From Aeropyrum pernix K1 (GTDB lineage: Archaea > Thermoproteota > Thermoprotei_A > Sulfolobales > Acidilobaceae): a stretch of 32,000 nt of DNA. Under the pieces are notes generated by a model. The model did no database searches and was not told the origin of the DNA. It worked only from the letters and a program-made list of their open reading frames with translations. The DNA is taken from NCBI RefSeq assembly GCF_000011125.1, contig NC_000854.2, positions 750,001 through 782,000 of the forward strand, read 5' to 3'. A program made the position numbers and the translations under genes. Below, in pieces: positions 24,781 to 32,000 of this stretch. Numbering within the stretch: the stretch's first letter is position 1; each line of letters begins with the position of its first letter.

Positions 24781-25931
24781 GGGGCTTCACCACCAAGGCC
24801 GTCCACGCGGGGGAGGACCCCCGGGAGACCCTCCACGGCGACGTCGTCCACCCTATACACCTCTCCGTCACGTATTGGAAGAGGAGTGTGGCTGAGGCCG
24901 AGGAGGGCTACGTGTACTCGAGGACCTCCAACCCCACCAGGGACGCCCTTGAGAAGAAGCTGGCCGCCCTCGAGAACGCCAGGTACGCCCTGGCCTTCTC
25001 CTCCGGCCTGGCGGCCGAGGCCACCGTCATACTCGCCCTGCTGAGGGAGGGAGACCATATAGTGGCGTTCGACGACCTCTACGGCGGCACCAAGAGGCTC
25101 TTCCAGAGGGTGATGGCCCGGTTCGGGATTAAGGTCACCTACGTGGACGCCCGCGACCCCGGGAACATCGAGAAGGCCCTGACACCCGCCACCAGGATGA
25201 TATGGCTCGAGACCCCCACCAACCCGCTGCTGAAGCTGACCGACATCAGGGCCGCGGCGGAGATAGCGTCCCGGGCGGGGGCTTACCTGGTGGTAGACAA
25301 CACCTTCGCCACCCCATACTTCCAGAGGCCCCTGGAGCTGGGGGCGGATATAGTGGTGCACAGCGCCACTAAATACCTCTCAGGCCACTCAGACCTCCTC
25401 GCGGGGGCCGTGATGGTCAACAGCAGCGAGGTCTACGAGAAGCTCAAGTACCACCAGAACGCCGTCGGCGCCGTCCCACCACCCCTCGACTCCTACCTCC
25501 TCATGAGATCCCTCAAAACCCTAGCCCTCAGGATGGAGTGGCACCAGCACAACGCCATGAAGATAGCCGAACACCTAGAGAGCCACCCGAAGGTGGACCG
25601 GGTAATCTACCCCGGCCTCTCAACACACCCCCAGCACAGCCTGGCGAAGAGGCAGATGACAGGCTACAGCGGCATGCTCTCCTTCGAGCTCAAGGGGGGC
25701 GCCGGGGCGGCGGTCAGGTTCGTAGAGAGCCTCAGGATCATAGCCCTCGCCGAGAGCCTAGGAGGGGTAGAATCCCTAGTGGAGATACCCTCGCTCATGA
25801 CACACGCCTCAATACCTAGGGAGGAGAGGCTCAAGAAAGGGATAACAGACGGCCTAGTAAGACTCTCAGTAGGCATAGAGGACCTCGAAGACCTCATAGA
25901 AGACATAGAACAAGCCCTCAAGAAAACATAG
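24777..25931 (+). CDS. Cystathionine gamma-synthase/gamma-lyase family PLP enzyme
   Basis: YSRTSNPT and [13 protein letters not shown] (PLP lysine) place it in the Cys/Met-metabolism PLP family. The GTG start overlaps the upstream TGA (GTGA). Confidence 0.92.
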   Translation: MRGFTTKAVHAGEDPRETLHGDVVHPIHLSVTYWKRSVAEAEEGYVYSRTSNPTRDALEKKLAALENARYALAFSSGLAAEATVILALLREGDHIVAFDDLYGGTKRLFQRVMARFGIKVTYVDARDPGNIEKALTPATRMIWLETPTNPLLKLTDIRAAAEIASRAGAYLVVDNTFATPYFQRPLELGADIVVHSATKYLSGHSDLLAGAVMVNSSEVYEKLKYHQNAVGAVPPPLDSYLLMRSLKTLALRMEWHQHNAMKIAEHLESHPKVDRVIYPGLSTHPQHSLAKRQMTGYSGMLSFELKGGAGAAVRFVESLRIIALAESLGGVESLVEIPSLMTHASIPREERLKKGITDGLVRLSVGIEDLEDLIEDIEQALKKT

Positions 25932-26022
25932 AGAAACGGGGGGAAACTACTTCCAAATTTCGAATTTAGAACTAAGCATTGAAACACCCTATCTAAACAC
26001 CTAGTTAAAGACCTCCCACCAT

Positions 26023-26754
26023 CTACATAATGCTGCCGGTCTTTACCGCGCCAAAACCTATACCCCTGCTCTTGCCAACGTGGAGAACCTGAGCCGCTTC
26101 CATGACCAGCTGCAACAGCTCTACATACCTAGCAGTAGCGGCATAGGTCGCCCTCCCATAGAAAGCCCTCACCTTTCGGTCCCTTCCTATACTGTACAAG
26201 CCGACACGCCCGTTCCATCCAAGCAGCTCCACGTTGCTAGCTAGAGTGTTCGCATACCCCTTGAGGCTTAGGCCTGTGTGCCTCGCGAGGGCTGAGAAAA
26301 CGCTGTAGACCAGCCTCTGGGGGCTTGGGTAGAGTATGGGACGGCTTCTAAACATGTAGATAGTGGGCCAATATTCAACTGTAAACTCTATAGCGTCTCT
26401 ACTGGTGGTCACACGGCGCGGCAGACGCGGCACCCATCTCTCGACCTCGAAGGAGATAACTCTAAATCCCCAACGATCCAAACAACCAGGCAGCGAGCTC
26501 CTCAGCCTATAGAACCCGGTGGTGTTGAGTGTTGCCCCTAGGAGGATATTAGGTTCTTCAATAGTGGATGGCTTGCTAGGAGAGGCATTGAGGGGCTGGC
26601 CCTCCTTCTGTAGGGGCTCGACACTTACCAGGCCCTCCCGGCCCCCAATACACTCTTTCACTATTCTCGCGGCCACAACACCACTCCAAGAGAGAAGTGG
26701 GAGGGGCCTGGTCGATTCGAGAATAAGGCTTACCTTATACAGTCCAATAACCAT
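26023..26754 (-). CDS. cas6: CRISPR endoribonuclease Cas6
   Basis: It is the last gene of the I-A operon and has the C-terminal glycine-rich loop GKSRGIGFGAVK. I place the start at ATG 26754 (MVIGLYKVSL...), 7 nt after the cas8a stop. The track start at 26850 would overlap cas8a by 89 nt. Confidence 0.75.
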   Translation of the reverse strand: MVIGLYKVSLILESTRPLPLLSWSGVVAARIVKECIGGREGLVSVEPLQKEGQPLNASPSKPSTIEEPNILLGATLNTTGFYRLRSSLPGCLDRWGFRVISFEVERWVPRLPRRVTTSRDAIEFTVEYWPTIYMFRSRPILYPSPQRLVYSVFSALARHTGLSLKGYANTLASNVELLGWNGRVGLYSIGRDRKVRAFYGRATYAATARYVELLQLVMEAAQVLHVGKSRGIGFGAVKTGSIM

Positions 26755-26761
26755 CAGATTA

Positions 26762-27886
26762 TCAGCCCCCGCTCTCCCATACCATGGCGAGCCCTTCAGC
26801 GAGCCTATCAAGCTGTTTGGCGAGATACCTGGCCTCCTGCGACTTATCATCGTTCAGTAGGCTGAGTATTTCCCTGAGTATACCGTATAGAGCATACTCG
26901 TTTCCAACCTCGAAGGATAAGGTTAGGGCAATTCTATGTAGAAGGCCGGGGTCCCTTCTTGCTATGAAATCAATAAGCCTCGGCCAGGACGCCATGTGAT
27001 ACTTTATTATCGCTATGCTAGTTAGGAGAACGCCAGGCAGGCGACCCACATCTACAACTCTAAACGTGTTGTTATCGACGCTGAACTCTCCGTACAGCAC
27101 TTCGAAATGGGAGCTACTGCTTAAAAGAGTCTCACCCAAAGAAAGTACGTAGAGTGATAATCCAGGCCCGGTAAGACTGTTCCTATAACGCAATATAGCG
27201 GGCATCCAAATGGAAGCTGCTTCGAATGACTGAGAGAGGGCCAGGACGTCCTCCAGGCTGGCGTGATGCGGAGATAATGTCACTACTTTGCTTTCACCAT
27301 CCTTCTGATACGTATACGAACCGTAGTGGAAGCCCAGCACACTCAAAAAATAGCAGTACGGGCATACTACATACGGCTTTTCCGTTAACCTACGTGGCTT
27401 TAAACTCCACGTGTAGAACTTACCGTACAAGGGTCCCAAAGGTAGTACGAGGGTAACAAGACCCTTCTTCCTCCCTCGAAATTCCCCTTGAAGCTTCTTG
27501 TGCCCTGGGCTAACATATTTCTCAAGTATATTGGCGTCATTGGATAGAATTTTAGCCGCAACTCTAATTCTGAGATTGTTTAAAATACTTTCTCCAACTT
27601 TAGATCCACGTGCTAGCCGATAAAGATCTGAATAGAAAGTGCCTTCATCGCCAAGAAATACTTGTTGCTGTTCTTCCTGTAGAAGCCTGAGGGCAAGCCG
27701 GATGCTCTCTGGTAGTTGACTCACGGGATGGCAATTATCAGCATCTACTTTTACCACATATCTTTCGCCGACCCTCTCTACCTCGCCACTCACTTTACCC
27801 GACCAAGCCAGTAGCCTTGCAATACCATATAGTATGAGGGTGTCCGTGTAGAGGTTGTGGCCAGGGGTGTAGAGTATACAAACCAT
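26762..27886 (-). CDS. cas8a: Type I-A large subunit Cas8a2/Csa4 (assigned mainly by position)
   Basis: The 374-aa ORF lies directly after cas3'' and before cas6, the canonical I-A position. It contains a CPYC motif. I do not independently recognise the sequence. Confidence 0.6.
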   Translation of the reverse strand: MVCILYTPGHNLYTDTLILYGIARLLAWSGKVSGEVERVGERYVVKVDADNCHPVSQLPESIRLALRLLQEEQQQVFLGDEGTFYSDLYRLARGSKVGESILNNLRIRVAAKILSNDANILEKYVSPGHKKLQGEFRGRKKGLVTLVLPLGPLYGKFYTWSLKPRRLTEKPYVVCPYCYFLSVLGFHYGSYTYQKDGESKVVTLSPHHASLEDVLALSQSFEAASIWMPAILRYRNSLTGPGLSLYVLSLGETLLSSSSHFEVLYGEFSVDNNTFRVVDVGRLPGVLLTSIAIIKYHMASWPRLIDFIARRDPGLLHRIALTLSFEVGNEYALYGILREILSLLNDDKSQEARYLAKQLDRLAEGLAMVWESGG

Positions 27887-27899
27887 GATTACACCCCAA

Positions 27900-28748
27900 T
27901 TACGAGAGACACGGCTCAGCCGGCTCCTGGCTGTCTCTTCCTAAAGCCCTCTTGACTATCCACGTCCCCCCATCTCCATTACACCTCTTCCTACCTTCGT
28001 TTGCCGCTATGCTGTCAGCCACGACTAGTGGGTGTAGAATCCCTGCTACCCTAGCGCGGGCGGATAGCCTGGATAATGTGTCGCCTGAAAGGGAGTATGC
28101 CTTTAGCCGACCTAACGCAATAAGGACCTCTTTGCGGGACGGTGGGCTCCCTGAGAGGATTTTAAGTACGTCAACTACTGCATCACCAACAGCACCCATA
28201 TTCTTTACAGTCCTGGCTAGCCTCTCAAGCCCCCATAGTTCTCCATCATAATAATCTTCTAGCATTAGGCTAGCCACTGAAAGCGTGACGAACCTTTCAC
28301 CCAACTCCCCTGCAAGGACGCCCATGGAAATCGATTCGTGATGCATCATAACGGCGAGGGGGACCTCGAAAACGTAAAGACCTCTGTCATTCCGGCCTAT
28401 GCCCGCCATATCCGCCGCCTTTTCTATAGCTAGTAGGGATAGAGCCCCGCTCACTAGCTCGTGCCTATACTGAACTCGCCCGCGCATTATGCGCTTCTTC
28501 TGATAAGCTGGAACAGCTTTCCCAATATCATGTAATACGATGGCAACCGCCACGGGATCTCCCAAAACACTGGCTAGGGTTTGTGATCCCTGACTATAGA
28601 TGATCCTATTAACAGCGCTAGAATAACATTTCTTCAGCCTCCCCAGCCACACTTCCAAAGACCGCTGAACATGTTCCTCCAGCGTCTCACAGCACTCATG
28701 CTCGCCAGTAGCTTTCCGAATTATGTAGGCGCAGGCCACCCTACTCAT
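27900..28748 (-). CDS. cas3: Cas3'' HD-domain nuclease
   Basis: Contains VLHDIGK (HD motif), YRHELVS and MMHHES metal-ligand histidines. A 4-nt ATGA overlap joins it to the upstream helicase gene. Confidence 0.88.
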   Translation of the reverse strand: MSRVACAYIIRKATGEHECCETLEEHVQRSLEVWLGRLKKCYSSAVNRIIYSQGSQTLASVLGDPVAVAIVLHDIGKAVPAYQKKRIMRGRVQYRHELVSGALSLLAIEKAADMAGIGRNDRGLYVFEVPLAVMMHHESISMGVLAGELGERFVTLSVASLMLEDYYDGELWGLERLARTVKNMGAVGDAVVDVLKILSGSPPSRKEVLIALGRLKAYSLSGDTLSRLSARARVAGILHPLVVADSIAANEGRKRCNGDGGTWIVKRALGRDSQEPAEPCLS

Positions 28749-30457
28749 GATTTACCCCCCACTCTAGGCCTTCCCCCGACAAGTGGCGATACTAGAAGCC
28801 CCTCTTCATCATTGTAGACATATTCTGGATTCTCAAGGCAGACTACGAGCGTGGAACCAGGCTTTGGTCTCTGCGAAGCTCGAATTAGCCTCCGGCCACC
28901 AGGTCCACTCCGTACCTCGTAAACCTCCTTCGCCTTACTCAATAATCTAGTAAGCCTGTCCCAACCCGAGGTCCTCTCGTTTGCAGAGAGAGGTATTGAT
29001 AGTCTAACTAGGTGCTCTTCCCACTCGGGCTCCCACTCTCTACCGTCTCCCACAATGTCACAGGGGAGTATTGCTATGTCTATGAAAGCTGAAGGACGGA
29101 AGTACAAGTCGTCGTTAGGCGGGTATGAAAGGGGGGCGAGGCTCTCAAGGTATGCGAGGGCTCGGAGCATTAGCTTGTCTCCAAGCCTTGCTAGCGAGTC
29201 TACCACATCTCTTTCATATACTGTATTAACTAGATCCGAGGAGGTCCTAATACTTGGTGTGTAGGTTCCAGCCAGCTGATCCATTATCTCCTTGCTTTTT
29301 AAGTACAGCTTTTCGGGATATGGATGGTGGGTTTCGGCGTTGTAAATGATTGCGTAACCACGGCCACGCCTCCTACCTATCCTGCCTAGCCTCTGTATGA
29401 CAGAATCTATGGGAGCCGTCTCAGTATAGAGCGCTTCGAAATCAAGGTCTACCCCAACTTCTAGGACTTGAGTGGCTACAGCTATAACGCCATTATCTTG
29501 CTCTTTAAGTAGCTTTTGTAGCAACTCTATCTTGCTGTTCTTGTCTCTACGTTTGAAAAGCGAATGCAACAAAAGTACCTTCGAGTTGCTGCATCTTGTC
29601 TTCAGTGATTTGTAGACTCTTATCGACTTTGAGACAGTGTTTACTAGGACAAGCCCCTTAACGTTGCAATCTACATCATCTGGCTCTAGACTATTATTCT
29701 TCACTTCTACATCTATCTTGGGAGATAATACAGTATGATCTAGCTCAACCTCTTCAACTCGCCAATCACCAAGCTTCTCCCTTATAACCGTTTTATAATA
29801 GCTTGGTAGTGTGGCGGAGGAGACAACGATTAATCCACCTGCTCTGGCTAGTGCAGCTACAACGAGTGAAAGAAGCCTGGGGCTAAGGAACACCTCGTCC
29901 TGCACAAGGTGGGCCTCGTCGAAAACAGTATAACTAGTAGCCTGCAGACCCACGGGCATCGAGAACCTGCCTGTCTCAACACCTTCATGCGTTAGAATCC
30001 GGTAGACTCTGGAGGCGGCGAAACCGTAGAAGTACGTGTCCGGCGTGGTCACGGTGATGGGAGCAGTATATAGGAAAGTAGGCTGTACCGTCTCACCATG
30101 ATCTTCAGAAACTCCCAAAGTCTCTATAGAGGTCTTAAGCCTGTCAACCATGGCTTTTATTAGGGAGTGCATAGGCTCAACAAGGAACCCCCGGGCCGCA
30201 ATAGGCCTTTTACTGGCAAAGCTAGCCAGTAAGGGTGCCATGAACACCTCTGTTTTCCCGGCCCCAGTAGGGGCCCCAAGAAAGACAACACCTCCTGGAC
30301 TTTCATATGCTATCCTGCAAATCTCCTCGGCGGCCTTAGCCTGGCTGTTTAGTAGAGCTTCGTTAACAGCCTTCTTAGCACCTTCCACATGGATCCGTCT
30401 CTTCACCATCTTCAAGATTGTCTTTTTGAGGACGTTAGGCTGGCATCCATATTCCAT
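28745..30457 (-). CDS. cas3: Cas3' SF2 helicase
   Basis: Motif I GAPTGAGKTE, motif II VFDEAHL, SSATLP, and motif VI QRLGRIGRR. Confidence 0.92.
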   Translation of the reverse strand: MEYGCQPNVLKKTILKMVKRRIHVEGAKKAVNEALLNSQAKAAEEICRIAYESPGGVVFLGAPTGAGKTEVFMAPLLASFASKRPIAARGFLVEPMHSLIKAMVDRLKTSIETLGVSEDHGETVQPTFLYTAPITVTTPDTYFYGFAASRVYRILTHEGVETGRFSMPVGLQATSYTVFDEAHLVQDEVFLSPRLLSLVVAALARAGGLIVVSSATLPSYYKTVIREKLGDWRVEEVELDHTVLSPKIDVEVKNNSLEPDDVDCNVKGLVLVNTVSKSIRVYKSLKTRCSNSKVLLLHSLFKRRDKNSKIELLQKLLKEQDNGVIAVATQVLEVGVDLDFEALYTETAPIDSVIQRLGRIGRRRGRGYAIIYNAETHHPYPEKLYLKSKEIMDQLAGTYTPSIRTSSDLVNTVYERDVVDSLARLGDKLMLRALAYLESLAPLSYPPNDDLYFRPSAFIDIAILPCDIVGDGREWEPEWEEHLVRLSIPLSANERTSGWDRLTRLLSKAKEVYEVRSGPGGRRLIRASQRPKPGSTLVVCLENPEYVYNDEEGLLVSPLVGGRPRVGGKS

Positions 30458-31349
30458 AGCCGGACACCTCGTGGAAGCTCTCGTGCACAGCTACATTAAT
30501 CCTCCCGTCGATCCCCTCAACGCTGCATCCGTATACCGAGCCTTCAACTTCTATCTCCGAATAGACTAGAACGTAGCCGCGTTCTACAGCCTCTTTTTTC
30601 ACTGGCATTGCTATAGCAATGGCCTCGCTTCTCCGAGTTCTGCCAGTACGTCCTGCACGAGCTGGGGCATATACGACGGTGAAGCTCCCTCCAACAGCAC
30701 TGTCTAAAGCTACGGGAGTATTGACCGACTTAGACCTAAACTCGGCCAGCTGGCATCTCCCAACAGGGCGTGCGGATACTAGTGATTCGCTGTCTCCTAG
30801 ACGATCTATGTACCATAGGGCCTTCTCAATTCTGTTAGCATTATCTCTGCCCCGAGCGACAAATACAGCATACACTGGATTATAAGGTGTTATATAGCCT
30901 CGTAATAAGGCATCACTTATTCTACTTAACTCGTCTAAAACTCTATTACCCCTATTCTCCCTTGTCGAGCCCTCTTCTGAATCCGGTTCTAAAACTTTCC
31001 GGAGCCTCCGGAGCACAACCTCCCACTCTACCCCCAGTATTTGGCCTGGCTTTGATAGTGGTGCAGCCGCCTTGACAATCCTGCCAGTCTTCTTTATACA
31101 CGACTGGCTCGCTATCCCGCCGGTGCATGAGCCCAGTAGTGATGCACCCCTCATGAGACCCCCTAGAAGTGTTGAAGGCAGTGGAAGGGGTAGGGGTGAT
31201 GCCACCTGATAAGACTCAGGATTTTTTACAGAAAAAGCTGGGGTGGCTAGCTCGGCCACTACCACCCAGTCTCCAGGCCTCACGGTATCCGATAAGGATC
31301 CGTTGCCGTCAGTTATTGACATACTAGCTCTACGCTTCCTTCCCACCAT
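30435..31349 (-). CDS. cas5: Cas5 (type I-A, Cas5a)
   Basis: N-terminal ATPAFSVKNPESYQVASPLPLPLPSTLLGGLMRGAS matches the Cas5 P-x-P-S-T-hydrophobic-G signature. It lies between cas7 and cas3'. The start could instead be ATG 31322. Confidence 0.75.
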   Translation of the reverse strand: MVGRKRRASMSITDGNGSLSDTVRPGDWVVVAELATPAFSVKNPESYQVASPLPLPLPSTLLGGLMRGASLLGSCTGGIASQSCIKKTGRIVKAAAPLSKPGQILGVEWEVVLRRLRKVLEPDSEEGSTRENRGNRVLDELSRISDALLRGYITPYNPVYAVFVARGRDNANRIEKALWYIDRLGDSESLVSARPVGRCQLAEFRSKSVNTPVALDSAVGGSFTVVYAPARAGRTGRTRRSEAIAIAMPVKKEAVERGYVLVYSEIEVEGSVYGCSVEGIDGRINVAVHESFHEVSGYGIWMPA

Positions 31350-32000
31350 AACCTCCCACCAGCTCGGAGGCGTGATCTGCAGCTTCCTTGAGTAGGGTTC
31401 CCAGGTCCCTATACTCCTTAATCTTCAGCTTGTCGGACCCATATCCACCACAGATGCCCTCAGGATAGCAGTGTAGAATACAGCTAGCACCGTCACCGAG
31501 AGACTCGGTTACACTCTTGAGTAGACTAGCTGTCTTCTCAACATAGTTCTCATACGAACCGTGGACAGCGTTGGGAACTGGTTTGTTACACACAGCCACA
31601 ACAAGCTCTTCGACCATAGCTATGGGAAGGGCTCTGGCTTGTTTACTAGCCGCTCCTCCTAGGAGGTAGGCAAGGGCTAATAGAGAGGCTCTCGCTCTCC
31701 TCATCCTCTCCTCTTCATCGCAAGCACTTCCACCCTCTTCGGATTCGTAGAGTGGCCTGCACAGGTATTCAAGGTCGAAAGAGGCTGAAATACCGTAGAG
31801 TCCGGAGGAGTACTCCTGCTTGAACACCATCATTTCTGTTGCGCCAGTCTCCTGGCTATTTGACTCTTCCCCAGCTCTGCGGCGCTGTAACGGGTCTACC
31901 CTATTATGGGTTACCGAGAACTTCTCTATGTTCTCCAATACCTCGTTGTTAAGAACTGGTATTGCGAAGCTAAACCTGGCAAGGCTATCCCTTTTCAACT
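31330..32000 (-). CDS. cas7: Cas7 (Csa2 family), N-terminus beyond the window
   Basis: The ORF is open to the window end. It sits immediately upstream of cas5 in the I-A order, and LLGGAASKQARALPI is a Csa2-like segment. Confidence 0.65.
   Translation of the reverse strand, partial: LKRDSLARFSFAIPVLNNEVLENIEKFSVTHNRVDPLQRRRAGEESNSQETGATEMMVFKQEYSSGLYGISASFDLEYLCRPLYESEEGGSACDEEERMRRARASLLALAYLLGGAASKQARALPIAMVEELVVAVCNKPVPNAVHGSYENYVEKTASLLKSVTESLGDGASCILHCYPEGICGGYGSDKLKIKEYRDLGTLLKEAADHASELVGGYGGKEA

Noticed and set aside
24708-25361. 217-aa minus-strand ORF antisense to the gamma-synthase/lyase gene
   Set aside because: It is a high-GC shadow ORF. The plus strand has the PLP-lysine motif and full-length family similarity.
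25932-26022. Possible CRISPR array or leader adjacent to cas6
   Set aside because: Only 91 nt are available and there are no direct repeats. I saw no 24-37 nt periodic repeat anywhere in the window, so no CRISPR feature is called.
30150-30569. 139-aa plus-strand ORF inside cas3'/cas5 (and similarly 26519-26860 inside cas6/cas8a)
   Set aside because: Both are antisense to genes with strong helicase or Cas motifs and have no independent signals.

Overview
High-GC archaeal chromosome segment. Gene content, frequent TTG/GTG starts and AGG/ATA codon use suggest a hyperthermophilic crenarchaeon, possibly Aeropyrum-like Desulfurococcales; this is inference only. Housekeeping blocks are a sulfur module (TauE-like exporter, ATP sulfurylase), an alkaline-phosphatase-superfamily phosphodiesterase, a UDP-GlcNAc-type cluster (glmS between two nucleotidyltransferase/left-handed-beta-helix paralogs) and a transsulfuration pair (CBS-type enzyme plus cystathionine gamma-synthase/lyase). 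Two compositionally foreign regions stand out. (1) A low-GC mosaic island (about 7805-14157) holds two divergent paralogs of an unrecognised, possibly HEPN/Abi-like family (265 aa and 571 aa), the larger followed by a winged-helix regulator. It also holds a vapBC toxin-antitoxin cassette that replaces the middle of a decayed acyl-CoA dehydrogenase gene, and a tRNA 3'-half-like remnant. This island is my best candidate for an undescribed defence or selfish module. (2) A complete type I-A CRISPR interference operon on the minus strand (cas7-cas5-cas3'-cas3''-cas8a-cas6, 26023-32000) has no CRISPR array or adaptation genes in the window. Between them lie a 1374-aa S8 protease apparently co-transcribed with a membrane-anchored coiled-coil stalk protein of 36 unbroken heptads (tetrabrachion/STABLE-like arrangement), two unknown polytopic membrane proteins, and a protein with 24 near-perfect heptads (a 21-bp x 24 DNA repeat) fused to a PD-(D/E)XK nuclease-like domain. 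No rRNA, intact tRNA, transposase or integrase is visible.
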